Shown: positions 27,736-41,362 of the stretch, in pieces
How positions within the stretch are numbered: the first letter of the stretch is position 1
Layout of the letters: the number at the start of each line of letters is the position of its first letter
From: Gracilinanus agilis
Taxonomy: Eukaryota
DNA: 64,000 nucleotides
Reading direction: 5' to 3'
NCBI RefSeq assembly: GCF_016433145.1
Contig: NC_058133.1
Location: 267,296,898 to 267,360,897 of the forward strand
Notes under the pieces: generated by a model
Told to the model about the DNA's origin: nothing
The model's input: only the letters and a program-made list of their open reading frames with translations
Database searches by the model: none
Made by a program: the position numbers and the translations under genes

Positions 27736-27904
27736 TAGTGATGGTGAACCTTTTAGAGACCAAGCGCCCAAACTGCAACCTTCATGCTGCATGTGAGCCC
27801 CCCCCTTTACCCCAGACAGGGGAGGGAGGAAGCGCTCCCATATTGGGCTGCTGGGCAGAGGGGCAAGTCATATGAGCACGTGTGCCATAGGTTTGCCAAC
27901 AGAG
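27736..27904. mobile_element. hAT MITE family B, short deletion derivative
   Basis: TAGTGATGGTGAACCTTTTAGAG...GTGCCATAGGTTTGCCAACAGAG; degenerate TSD atatacgt/atttaggc. Confidence 0.8.
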
Positions 27905-28914
27905 ATTTAGGCATTATCTTCAGTTCCTCATTCTGTCAGTTACCCATAACCATTCTGTTGCCATGTTATTATTTTTGCCTTTGTAATATCCCTCCTATGT
28001 GCCCCCTTTTCTCCTTTGACAAGGCTACCATCTTCATGAAGGCACTTATCTCCTCACAGATACTATCCTACTGGTTACTTTTCCTTTCTCATGTCTCTCC
28101 CCACTCCACTCCATCCTCCAAACTCAGTTATACAAGCAATCTACCTATCAACAGATGTGACCATGTCATTCCATCTACTCATTTAACTCCAGTGGCTCCC
28201 TAGCAATTCCAGAATGAAAAAGAAAATCTTCTCTTTAGCATTTAACCTGTCTCCCTGCCCCCTTCAGCCTTCTAGAATCTCCACAACAGCTCTGTGACAG
28301 TGGCACTGACTTCCTGGCTGTTCTTCAAACAAGACACTCCCATCTCCCCACTTAAACAGGTTATTTTCTATGTCTTGAATGATCTCCCTCTTCATCTCTG
28401 CCTCCTGGCTTCCTTAAAGACCCAGTTAAAATTCCACCTTTTTTTAAAGAAGTCTTTCCCAGTTCCTCTCAATTCTGTTGCCTACCTTCTGTTGATTATG
28501 TCCAATTTATCCTCCACATAGCTTGTCTGTATATAATTGTTTGCATGTGTCTCTCCCATGAGACTGTAAGCTTTTTGAGAATAAGGACTGTCATTCCCTT
28601 TCTTTGTAACCTCAGGTCTTAGGACAATACCATTTGTCTGACTATCTCAAAATACAGTAAAGCTACCAAACTAGATCCATCATCACTAAATTAATTTCAG
28701 CCTAACTAATCACACAGGAAAAACGTAGTAGTTGAAGAATGTCTATTGTACAAACTCTGTAAAGAGCTCGACCATCTGGTTTTGTGTGTGGTAGCCACTT
28801 TAAATGGAGAATTAGCTGGGTCCAGAATAGGACAAGAAGAGAAGAGACTTTGAAAAAGAGCAGTTTGGGATTTAAAAAAAAAAAAAAAGATCCTAAGTTT
28901 CTCCCTAAAACAAC

Positions 28915-29355
28915 GGTCTATCTTTTCAACCTTAATATTCTTCCAGTGATGTTGTATAGTTTCAGCCAAACCCCAAGGTCTTCAAAGAAATTAAGTATCA
29001 CTCAGAGTGCAATGGAAAAGAGTATAATACACACAACTCCCACACGCTACAATCAGGGCATTAAAATAGGGAAAATGGTGACAAGAATGTCATCAAAGAA
29101 ATGTCTAATTGAGAGATAAGATGGTCTAGCCACAGAAACAGGGTAAGGATTACATGTGGGACAGCCTGAATGCTTTACAACTATATTCAGGGTGTCAAGA
29201 GAATACAAGGAAGGCCCCCAGAATGTCAGGAACTCCCTGTGGTGAAATTTATGGAAAGAGAATGAAAACAAATTATATAAAATAGGCAATATAGATGGAT
29301 TGTGATTCACTGGGAGAAACATCCAAATCAACAAGATCACAAGGCCATTCAAATA
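28915..29355 (+). mobile_element. RTE LINE 3' fragment (marsupial RTE)
   Basis: LFNLNILPVMLY...KLSITQSAMEK in ORF 28784-29119, followed by an RTE-like tail. Confidence 0.8.
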
Positions 29356-31239
29356 TTAGAGTGGAGCCCTCTGGATCAAGAAAAGTTATAACCTATAAAG
29401 AATAATGTGTGCCCTGAATCTTAGATGAAAGGAACATCTAAGACACGTAAGATTCATAACAAGCCTACAATTTGATTAACAAACAACTTCACACAGTATA
29501 TAAGTAAATGCTTAATTTTGAGGTGCTCTAGGAATTCAGGTAAAAGATCTTGAGTGCTTCTCTAAACATATCACTTCTGCCTTTGGTATTAGTATGGGAT
29601 GACATATCTACACTCCCGCTGAAGGAGTTAAGGAATTCTTTACCAGTAAATTATTTTGACCATATTTTTCAGAATATTACTAAAGAAAGAGGACTGGTAA
29701 ATAGAATTATGATTCACTAAAAGTTTAATTTGGTAAGTGTTTAGTTCTTCAAAGGATACTTCTCTACCTTCTTGATCTTCCAGAGGACAATGCTATTAGG
29801 GAAGCCATATCCCACTTTCCAAAAACAAAGCTCCTATCCTCTGCAGAAGAAAAGTTGCATTAAAAGCTCCTTGTTTTGGGAATATCTGCTGTTCTCTCAG
29901 TGTGACCTGGGACAAATAACTTTATTTAAATTTCTCCTCAGGAAGTCTTTTAATTCTGACCTGGTGGGACTGTCCTTTACTGTATCCTTTTGTACTCTTC
30001 CTCCTCCTAACTCCCAGTTATCCTCCCACAACTCAATGGAACCTTAAGGCTACTCTGCATTCATCAGATTCCTTGGTCCAATACTCATGGTCAATATGCT
30101 GGGCCCAGAGGCTCATCAACTTTGGTTACTGTGCAGTATTTGTTCTCTACCTGCTAGGCTTATGATCCTAAGTCCATAAGCATCTTGCTTGAAGAGTTCC
30201 AGGGTTCCATTATAATGTCCTAGAGCTTCTGGTATTGAGAGATTTGAAATGTCTGAAATCTCAGGAAGAAATTTCTAATGAACATGTAAATACCAATAAA
30301 TGCTTTTCCGTATATTCAAAAATTATTTTAAAAAAAGATGTTTATGGTAAAATGTTTCCTAGCCAAATGAAAGTTTTTTTTTAAATGAAAGCTTTTATTC
30401 CCTAAAGAGTCTAAGTTACATTTTTTCTCCATAAGTTTCTTGATTTTTCTGAAAGAAATAAAAAGTGAAGTCCTGAGGCTTTAAAGCAATCCAAATAAGT
30501 TTCTAATAGTTGACATCAATAAACAAAAGGGAAGTGAGGCAGAACAGAAACCAATAGGCATCTACTTATTTCTGTAAGCCTAAAAATATAATCCAGAGGG
30601 GGATGGATAGACCTTAGAAGTGGGGACAGATTAACAACCCATTCCTTTCTTAAATATTTACTAAGCATCTATTAGTGAGGAAAAGATTAGTGAGGAAAAG
30701 AGAAAAAAACAATATAGCCCCTGTTATCAAGTATATATTTCTTAAAAAGAATAAAATACATCATTTTTGAGGACCAAAACAATTAAGTATATTTGAAATC
30801 TTCATTTACATTTTTTTCAAATTAATAGGGTTTGGAAGTAGTAATTTACTAAATGACTGAAGTATATGCAACTTATTCATCCATATCTCTACATGAGCTG
30901 TATTTACATCAATAGAGCTTGATTAAATGCAACTTCAAGAAGGCTACAGTATGGTGTTTATGATGTGATTTTTTTTCCCCTCTAATCAATTTTCTCTTAA
31001 TAATTGCCTACTTAACTTCTCTCTAAATTATTTTCATTTAATGAAGTTTATGTGCTAAATGTAGAAAATGAATTTGTATCAGATCTTTTGTTTTCTCCAT
31101 GACCATTTGTGTATGTTAATATGGAGGTTCTGTGAATTCGGTTATTTTAATGAATTAACGAAAACTATTAATAAAGAAGCATAAATATATATATATATGT
31201 AAATCCATTAGAAAACAATTTGTTAAATAACACAAAATC

Positions 31240-31800
31240 AATCTATGATAACATAGGATTTCTCAGAGAAGGAATCTTGAGCTAAGTCTTAAAGGAAATG
31301 GCTACACATTTATAAATGTGGTCAGCATTGTGCAAAGTGCTGAAAATATAAAAAAGGCAAAAGACAGTTCCTGCCTTTGAGGTACTCACAATCTAATGAA
31401 AGAGTCAACAAAAACAAAATGTACAGAACAAGCTATAAACAGGATAAATAAAAAATAAGAGAGGAAAGGCACTAGAATTAAAAGGGGTTGAGAAGGGCTT
31501 CTAATAAAAGGTGGTATTTTAGCTAAGACTTAAAGGAAATCAGGAGGGAATATAAGGAGGGAGAGCATTCCATGTAAGACAGATAGCAGATGACTGTCTT
31601 ATACCAGGAATAGCAAGAAAGCCAGTGTCACTGGATCAAGGTGTCCAGAGGAAGTAGAGGTGGGGGGTCTGGAGGAAAGGTATAGGTATAAGAACACTGG
31701 AAAGATTGAGAGAGGGTAGGCAGGTTATAAAGGTAGGCATACCAAAGAAGGAGGAAAAGTATTTAAGGTAATAAGAATATTCTAAGTATAAGCACATGGA
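31240..31800 (-). mobile_element. L2 fragments
   Basis: cattgtgcaaagtgctgaaaat...gacagttcctgcc; gccagtgtcactggatc. Confidence 0.7.
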
Positions 31801-32669
31801 AGAGAACAGGACGATACTCATAATTCCTACTCTTCCCCTCTTCTCCAACAAAAGACTTCTTACAAATTACTATAAATGATAATAGAGAAGTCAAAGAGGC
31901 TAGTTAATTAATAGCATGGAATGTTAGGTCAAAGAGTTTAATTTTAGCTAAGTTTCTAATAATATATCTATTTACAGACACAGAAGAAATGCTTAATACA
32001 TGGTTCAGTTGCACTACTGAACTAAATAAACCCTATTATATCCTAAAGACATATAAGTTCTAAGAGAATCTGAGAGAAATAATGGAAATGGTACCTGAAA
32101 ATCAGCTGGGATAATTTTAGCTGAAATTTAAACTATGACCCAAGTGCTCTGGAGACCTCTCAATATTGGTATTTATTTTGTCTATTTTTGTCCAAGTCTG
32201 TGTTTTAACACAGAAGATAGTAATTTTAAAGTAGTATGGTGGCGAAACTCCTTCCACCTATGAAAACTGGCAACTCTTTTATAAAATAAGTCTACAAGTT
32301 GTCTGGGAATATTGAGAGACTCCAGGAAGAGGAATGTAAGAAGGAAATCATTACATAGCTTTTATTAATGTTAGTGCATCCCTTCCGATGATTGTCACAT
32401 TAACAATTTGTACATTGTTTTTTGCATGCTGATTTTCCCCATAAGACTATGAGTTTCTTGAAATCTTGAAAGCAGGGGCTGTTTTTGCCTTTTTGGTATA
32501 CCACTAACGTTTAGTACAATACCTGGCACAATGTAAGTACCTAATAAATGCTTGTCATTTTGAATTTTGTTAGCCCAACATAGAGATTTCCAGAAATTCC
32601 TTTACATGTTAACAAAATAACTTTCTAAAACAAAAAAACACTTAGTGCACTGTTTAAATGTTTTTGTAA

Positions 32670-32920
32670 ATCACTTTAATGTCTGGCATACCAGAAGACA
32701 GTGGGTCTTCTATTGCTGCATTCAATCTGTTGCAATATTTGTTCAGGTTGAAGTATAAGAAAATCCAGCCTGACACATATTTGTAGTTGAGAAATGGAGT
32801 AGTATTTTAAGAGGCAAATAGCATACTGATATTACCATCAAAATAGTTTTGATCTCAAAAACTTTTTGAAAGGGTCTTAGATTCCCAAGAGTCCACAGAC
32901 CATACTTTGAGAATTGCTAC
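32670..32920. mobile_element. Charlie1-derived hAT fragment with terminal end
   Basis: gctgcattcaatctgttgcaata...ccagcctgacacatatttgtagttg; end gtccacagaccatactttgagaattgct. Confidence 0.65.
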
Positions 32921-35149
32921 TATATCCAACTATCTCTGGTTTCCAAAGTTGGATCATGTTGAAATATTCTATAAAGAATCTAAGTTATTTATACAATAAG
33001 TTCTATTTAAAAAAAAAGATATAACTATTTTACAAGTTTACTTTGAAATTCTCCCTTTCTTTACTGTTCTCTAAATGCACAAGCAAGAAGGCTAAAAATG
33101 GAATGATTTTTACACAGCTATACAAAGGCAGCCTGAAAGGCCATATTTGCTATATTTTCTAGATGACATATAAGCCAAGAAGTGATACTAGCATATGAGC
33201 CAAAGAGAACATCCAGCACAATTAATGTTCTACAGTGGAAAATTTTTAAATAGTATAAATAGTTTAATATGTGATTTCACAAGTCACAGATTTCAGAACA
33301 ATTTATATTTAAATGTGCTGGAAAAGCAATTTCATATTTTACTTGGTTCTAAAGAAAACTAATGTTATAGCTTAGTGACACCATGTGGCTTCATTCTGTG
33401 TTGCACTTTTCTAAGACTAGGTTCTTCATCTGCATGAGTATTTGCTAGAAAAAAATAAAAGCATGTGGGAGGGTGGAGGGAGGGGGACAAGAAGAAGTTT
33501 ACAATGCAAACTAATCATGAACTTTTAAAAATTATTTTAAGGAAAGAATGATGATATTTTTGATTCCCTAGAGCTCCAACAGTTTTCTTTAACAATGGAG
33601 TTCACACTAAATTAAAAAGCGAAGATACAGCAAAATTCAATGAAGCAATAAGAGCAGAGCTTGTTGAACTGCTAAATAATTGTAAAAGTGCTCACTTATG
33701 AAATAAAGCAAAAAATTTAATCTATATATATGCATATTCAAGGTTACTCAAAAAAGGAACAATACTTTTCATAAATAATTAGCCTTCTTTGTTTCATGTC
33801 TGCTCTAACTAAAGAACCATATATTATTACAATTTAGTGAAAATAACTAAAAAATCTATGTAACATCTAATAGTCAGAAAAAAAGTGAAATAGATGAGCA
33901 GTAAAGAAAGCCATGGAAGAACTTCCATGGCTTCCTGCTATACAAGAGCAACTCTTAATCTGTATTTCTGAAGCCCACTCAGCAATGTTACTTACTCTAC
34001 TCAACCAGACACATTTCCATACGTATGGATATGAGGGAGGCAACATCTAGAAAAGCTATGAGCTGCTGTATACTTGCTGCATATCCTTTTTGTGTTAGGG
34101 CAAAGTAAACCTCATGTATTCATGTCAACTAACTTGTGAATGCCTCATTTCATTACAACTTTGAAACCAAATTAAGAGAATGTAGGCAGTTGAGCAACAT
34201 TTTACTACACAAACTAAGTCCCTATATCCAAAACAAAGATGTTTTCTCTTGAAACAATGGGGCAAAATCCTATGTTTCTATTTTCTTCTATCTCCTTTTC
34301 TTGTTATAAGAGACACAACCCAAGTAGCCTGTGGTAACTTCAACATAATTTACAGTAGAGGGAGTGACTTGCCATTATTTATGGTCTCAATTTCCTCATT
34401 TGTAAAATGGGGATAATAACTATATTACCTTTACTTCAGAAGGTTGTCGGGAGAAAGGCACTGTGTAAATGACAGAGCTACACACATATTATATTATTAC
34501 TTATGGTTGTTATCTGATCATGTATGTATGTAGTCAAGGGAAAGAACTAACAAAAGGAGTTCTTTACACTCAAGTTACTTACATAAGGCCCCATATTAGT
34601 AAAGTTCTTTTTTAAAACACTTAGCTATAAATTACCTCTGCTAATCCCCCATAAACGAAGTGCTATGTTGGAAATTGGCAATTATGTCATCACATTTAAC
34701 ATGTTCTCTGGTCTTAGAAATAATACGATTGTTTCCATCTTTGTTCCTCTCTAATCCTCAGATTGACTCCCTCAGGATTTCATTAGCTCACTTCCTAACT
34801 ACCCCATGTCCTCATAAAGGGTTTGTGCTTGATTTTCCTCTACACCTGTCTTAACTCCTGAAGAACCAATGAAATTAGGAATTCTTGTTTCCAAGTATCA
34901 CTTAGTTGCTTATGATATTCAAGCCTATCTTTCATACTCTTTAAGTAACTCCCTCAATCTGTTCCTGAATTCCAGCAATATAATACTACTACTTCAATAG
35001 CCAGCACTGTACTGAGCTACATATAGCATAAAAGAAGTATTAACTTTATTCCATTTGGCCTCCAAAATAAGAATTGGAACTTTACAAGCAAGAATTACAA
35101 AAAGGTAAGATTTTATATAAAGATTTTAACAATTACAGTTTACAATTAC

Positions 35150-35720
35150 ATGAAATGGAGGGCATATAGGTTATGCAATGGATATAACACCAAGCTTGAA
35201 GTCAGGAAGGCCTGAATTCAAATCTGGCTTCAGACACTTACTAGCTTTGTGACTCTTGCTAAACCACTTAACTGTGTTAATAGGATTTTCCTCATCTGTA
35301 AAATGAGAAGGAAATATTTGCCAAGAAAACCCCAAGTAGGGTCACAAAGAGTCAGAAAGAAATAAACAACGAATATGAAATGGGTTGCCTCAAAGGAAAG
35401 TAAGTTCAGATAATTTTCCAGAGAAAGATTTGCATTGGAATTATTTTTCCCCTGAGAAGAGGCAACTGCAATATGACATCATAGGTCTTCTGGCATATGA
35501 AGATTATTATGCCATATATAAAAATCATCTTTTTCTCATCTCTGTAGAAATCAGAATAAGAGGAATAGAGTTTAAGCTAGAAAATGAATATAGGCTGAAT
35601 TTAGACAAGTATCCACTTTTGGCCAATTGTTCTTAAAAACTATCATTTTCTAACAATTTTCGTTGTCTAGATAGTTTGATTCCCTCCATCACTAGAAAGG
35701 CAATATGTTTATGGAAACAC
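35150..35720 (+). mobile_element. Mar1/MIR SINE (35150-35375) followed by L3/CR1 3' fragment (35430-35720)
   Basis: Tail tttgccaagaaaaccccaa; ORF 35385 has FSPEKRQLQYDII...RIRGIEFKL, a CR1 RT end. Confidence 0.7.
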
Positions 35721-36688
35721 CTTTATTGTTTTAAGAGCCATCAGAAAGTGAAGAACAATAAAGTTAAGGGGGCCCACATAAGAAAAGTTCAGTGTAAATT
35801 AGTGAATGAAGTCAAATCTTCTTCCCTGGAGATCTTTAAACATGGATAATATTCTTACTAGGCCTGAGGTCTCACCACTCTTGAGAAGGGGTAAGTTACA
35901 TAACTTTCACCATTCTTCATATGTAGTTTTCTTTTCATCTTGGAATGCCTAGAATAGCTTGCTTTCCAGTTTTCATTAAACATGTACTTTCCATTTAAGA
36001 ACAAATCCAAAATCAGATTTTCTTTTCTTAACATTCCCAAATGCCTCTTCCAAAAAAGAACTTAAAATACTATATAAATCTCCAGAGTTGGTTTACACCA
36101 ACAAAAAGTTATTTAATCACTTAGCATGTTAATGTTAAACCAATCTGAGTCTCTTCCACTAGACAGTAAGTTCCTTGAGAATCTGAATCTTTTTTGTCAA
36201 TATCTGAGTGGCCATGGAGTGCAGGACCATATGTTAGGTGCAATAGAAAATAAACAAAATTGGGTTACCTGCACACAACTTTGAAGGTATTTTTCTTCTC
36301 TCTCTCTTCCCTTTTACACACCCAGGACTCCCAAGAAAACACAAGAAAAAGACTAAAGAGTAATCATGATATAGAATTAATTATTATTAAATTTTAATTA
36401 ATATGGTACAAACTAAGTCCATAAGTGCTAAGGAGACACATAAAGGAATAATAAAATATATGAGATTTATCAAGGAAGGTTATCTGCAGAGATAAATTCA
36501 AAAGATGGTTAGATCAAAAAAGTTTGTTGTAATTACCATTAGAATAATAAAAAGTCAGGGTAGAGATACCACTTGGATTATAGATTGATATTTAGCTATT
36601 ATTTCTGAATATTTTAGGTGCTATTAAATTATTTCCCGGCTATCACAAAATGGTCAAGTTTATCAAGTAATGCAGTATCAATATTTTA

Positions 36689-36877
36689 TTTTTTTTCTTT
36701 TAAACCCTTAACTTCTGTGTATTGACTTATAGGTGGAAGAGTGGTAAAGGTGGGCAATGGGGGTCAAGTGACTTGCCCAAGGTCACAAAGCTGGGAAGTG
36801 TCTGAGGCCGGATTTGAACCTAGGACCTCCCGTCTCTAGGCCTGGCTCTCAATCCACTGAGCTACCCAGATGCCCCC
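36689..36877 (-). mobile_element. Opossum SINE-1, young copy
   Basis: Perfect 18-bp TSD tgcagtatcaatatttta at 36671-36688 and 36878-36895. Confidence 0.95.
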
Positions 36878-36929
36878 TGCAGTATCAATATTTTAGCCTT
36901 ATAGTAGTTTGGCTTTGTTGTGTATTTCA

Positions 36930-37450
36930 ACACTTTGATGAATCTGTGATCTCGACAGTTTAGCTACTCCCTTCACTTCCACAGATTCTAATTCATCATG
37001 TTTTTATCCTGTGGAATTTTGCCTTATGTTTTTTTTGCATAGCCTCTAAAGCCAATATACTGGTGGTCTCTGGTTCTTTTAATGTTTCAAAGACATTGGT
37101 ATTGGCAGCCAAGCTAATATGAATCTATTTTTTTTTTCATGACTAGTTCATCTCCTTTTCCAACCTAATGTGAAAGTCATTGATGATATAACATTCCAGA
37201 CTATCTATTTATGTCCACCATTTTTAGTGTTGTTGATAATAATAGCTAACATCTGAATGGCACCCCAAAGTTTACAAAGTACTTGACATATGATCCTCAT
37301 TTGATCCTCACCAGAATCCTATGAGGTAAATACTATTATTATGCTTATTTTACAGATGAGGAATTGAATGAAGCTGGATGCTTAAGTAACTTTGTCAGAG
37401 TCACATAGCTAGTGTCTGAGGCAAACACTGGTCTTTCAGATTCTATCCAC
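36930..37450 (-). mobile_element. RTE 3' fragment (36930-37200) plus MIR (37240-37450)
   Basis: gatgaatctgtgatctc... is antisense to the RTE tail at 29340; MIR core cccattttacagatgagg-like. Confidence 0.65.
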
Positions 37451-37523
37451 CTAGCTCCTTTAGAATAAAAAACACCTTAAAATACTATGTCAAGAACCCT
37501 TCTTTGTCTTTTAGCTCACTAAC

Positions 37524-37577
37524 CTTGAAATTCGTCATGATTACTCCTTTTATACTAAACAACTCCAAACTGAGTGC
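37524..37577 (-). other. Candidate 54-nt cassette (poison) exon of BTBD9
   Basis: TTATTTTTGTCCTGCGCAG| acceptor and AAG|GTTAGT donor; in-frame TAA when joined to the 120-nt exon; no expression evidence. Confidence 0.3.
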
Positions 37578-39361
37578 CTGCGCAGGACAAAAATAAGTAA
37601 TGTATTCATGAAGACTGACTAGAGAAAAAGCTACAAAGATAACAAAGAATGAGAAAAAATGGATGAAAGTGATAATTATGATGATAAAAATGGTAACAAG
37701 ATGAATGAAAAGCGTAGCTTTATTTTTCATACTGATACTTTTCTCACTAACAAAGAACTATCATTACCTACTAGACACACACTTCAATCCAAGCCCTATC
37801 TTGGTCAGTTCTGCCATCCTAAAACTGGGAGGTTTTGATTCAATTCAATTCAACAAATATTTATTTAGAGCCTACTATGTACCAGACAATTGTCCCAAAG
37901 TTAATACAAACACAAATCTATCCATCAGTATCATACAGTTTGGCTGTTATGTTTGTCTTTTTTTTTTTAATCACTCAAAGTGTAATAACCCTAGTCAATG
38001 TGAACTAAATCTTATTCTGTTTTAATTCCCCTTTGTTACTTACAAAGCATCTCTAGGCAGTTCTGATGTACATAATCTTCACTCAATTTCTAGTCTTTCA
38101 TTTTAATCCATTCAAAATTCCTTTGATAAAAGAATAAGTGCAGACCAAAGACACTTTAGTCCCTCTTTAGGAAATAAAATTGATTTTCTTCATTTTCACA
38201 TAAGGATCCTCATCTAACAGCACTACGTCCAGTCATATTGATAATAAAAGAGACACATAGAAAGAAACTTTTAATATATCAGATGCTGAAAGGTAAAATA
38301 GTAGTCCTTGATGAAAGTTCCAAGGTAGGGTCTACTCTTACAAACCATAGGATAAGTCAAAGTAGACAAGGATCATGTTATATCTAAGCAACCAATATTC
38401 TAGATGGTCTTCCATGCAGAAATGAGCTTATAGTGATTGAGAAAGCTTTCAGGAGACCCATCAGGGAAAAGACTACTAGAGCAGTCTAGCCTTCATCCTC
38501 TATCTCCTCTGACTTCAGGAAAATAAGAAAACTGGAGATGATTCTGCCCAGTCCCCTCCTAGGAGCTCTTCTACTGATAGAAGCAGAAGAAAATAGGGCC
38601 AGAAGCAAGGGGAATATTCATCCACGTTCATAATAACTATTCTACAATAGGAAAAGGTAAGTGAGTGAAATAAGTTGAAATACTTTCAACTCTTAGAAAC
38701 AAATAATATGTAGATTAGGACCCAAATCTTTTACTGCTGAAAAAAATTAAAAATTTTTTTCCTGCTTAGGTTATGCCACCTCTTTTACCCATAATCTTAA
38801 TGGCTTTATATAGATTTTACAGTATTAGAGGGTTTTGGTGAAATGAATAAAGAAACATAAAAGCACAGAATGAAAATTAAGGGAGTATGTGATTTTTCCT
38901 TTCCTGTCTTGGAAATTTTATGTGAAGCCCTTCTCTGTACATATAACTTTTCTATGATTTTCAAATAAATGTACATCCCACTTATTATATATCTATGATC
39001 TGAGGATATGGCATGGCATTTAGACAATTTTTTTACATTCCTTAGATGCTCTTATAAATTACTTACCATTTAATGTGAAGTATAAAGCCTTCTGAATATT
39101 CCTATATTATATCCCAAACCTATACAGTCCCATCTCTATGTTCATAATTTTCCACTTTTTCCAAAGTTTTCCCACTTAGGATATTGGGTAGTTTGTTCCA
39201 TAAAAGAGTTTCCTTTTTATCATAAGAAGGAAAGATGAAATCTGCCTCTCACAACTAAGTGTGATTGGAAAGTCGATGTTTATACATGTGTTTTAAATTT
39301 ACTTGGACCAAATCAATACACGTAAAAATTTCAATCACACAGTTAATCTATGGAAACTAAC

Positions 39362-39481
39362 CTGCAGACCCGGGCAGGAAAATACAGCTTTTGCCAAGAA
39401 CGACAGAGGTATTTTGAGTGATCAATTACTCTGATCCAATCTAGTTCATCCATGGACACTTCAATGTAGTAGGAATAAGAC
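39362..39481 (-). CDS. BTBD9: BTBD9 coding exon, 120 nt (SYSYYIEVSMDELDWIRVIDHSKYLCRSWQKLYFPARVCR); not in the ORF track
   Basis: Manual minus-strand translation; CCAAAG| acceptor at 39482, AG|GTTAGT donor at 39362/39361. Confidence 0.97.
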
Positions 39482-41362
39482 CTTTGGAATGGAGGGGGGG
39501 AAAAGTATAAAGAAATCACTAAATAAATATCAAAGAAAATAATTTATTCACGAACTACATTTTTTCACACATCACTGAATGCTCATTTCATCAAGTTATT
39601 TGCTTCTTCTAGAAACAGAACTTGTTTTCCGTCATACATTCAAATTCTAAATTCTAAGTCCTAAATTAACAGATTAGCACAGTCATGAAAAAAAGAAGGG
39701 CACAAGATAGAGAAAGGGGTATATTTTTCTTCTACTTTTCCATGATTCTGCTAGCTATGCTCACCCTCTCAGGAGCAGAGCCAATGCAGAATGGTTCCTC
39801 ACCAGAGCTTTAGATTTTATTTTTGTTTTTTTGGCTTTTTTCTCTCCTCCCACTATTCCATATCCCACCACTCTACATAACCAGCCAAGAGACAAGTAAC
39901 TAACACTGCTAAAGATAACACAAGTGCAAGGTTGACAACCTGAAATTTGTGGTCTAATAATCCTTAGTAATGTTTAACAGACCATTTCCAAGTAAGCTAT
40001 CTAGTACTCTACTGCTCACCTATAACACAAAGAACTAATTTTAATGCCCTCTCCCCCAAGATAAATTTAAATTCGAGGGGGGTATTATTTCTACTGCAAT
40101 ATCAACAAGGTCCATCCCAGAAAGATTTAACAGACTGTAAATGTCAGCTTGTAGCCAAAAGTCATGACTAGGAAAGGTCAACTTATTTTGTGACTCAATT
40201 CTCTCATTTTCTGTTGTCCCTTCACTCCCATTCATTTTATCTCACAACAAACTGGTTATAACCTTTTCTTGAACCTCTCTAGGTTATCAGTAATACAGGC
40301 TGTAATTCTACAACATGTGCTAAGAATTTTTTTGGCTTTCGATCCTGAATGTTTCACTTTTGGTCAGAATGACAACAGCTCTTGTTATAAGGGTATTGGA
40401 TGACCATAGAACAAAGCTAAGCCACCTATAAATGAAAAGAGCTTTGTACAAAATAAAACATTTTGTAAATGTTTTTACAGGCACAAGAACTACAAAGATA
40501 ATAAAATAAACTTCTTAATCTTCAAGGTTCCTACCCCCTTTAGAGTAGTTTATGTTCACTCAGAAATGGACTACAAGCCCCATTTAACCAATTAATATTA
40601 AATTAAACAGGGAAAGGAACTAGGAAACATTTATTTGATAAGAAGAAAATGAGGAGGGGACAAATTGGGGACCTCACACATATAAGCACCAAGAAGCCAA
40701 TTTATCCCTAATTTTCAATTAGCCTCCCTCCTGGAATGTAACAACAAGCCACAACCCTCATCACTGCCACCACATGCAAACATCACATGCCCAAAGGCAA
40801 TAAGGAATAAAAATGATGTGACATGAAAACCTTGATGCCACACCAAACAGTGCTGATAGAAAATGGCTGTTGGTGCTTCCTAAAACTTTAAGTGTGACCT
40901 CTGGTACTGCAGACTCCCTAAACTCTTGAGATCCAGGCTATTCTTGGTGGATTTGGAGTGAGATGTTTTTGCTAATGGAAGGGGAGTATTGGATCACTGG
41001 ATTGAAGTATGGTCTTTTAAATCAGTGCTCTGGTCGATGGAGTCCCTCACTCAATTCCATGCATTTGTTTGTCTACCATGCATTTGTTGTCTCTTTCAAA
41101 AAATGTTAGACATCATATTCTGTGAGATAGAATATAAATAAGAGGCTTTTAAATAATTAGAATCAATTGTTAAGTGAATTATGCCTTCCCATTCCTTTCT
41201 AGGGGTTTCAACAGAAATGTTAATGATATGAAATTTTAAAATTCTTAAGTTATAAGAAATTTAAACATAACAAAGCATAATTTTAAACCATCAACAGGTT
41301 AAGTCATTTCAATCAAAATAAAATGTCAATTCCTCTTTGAATCACACTATTATTACACTTAC

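Larger units (their letters stand above)
26401..28622 (+). mobile_element. L2 fragment interrupted by a templated insertion, an LTR and a MITE
   Basis: L2 text at 26401-26655 resumes at 27654 and runs to the L2 tail at about 28620. Confidence 0.7.
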
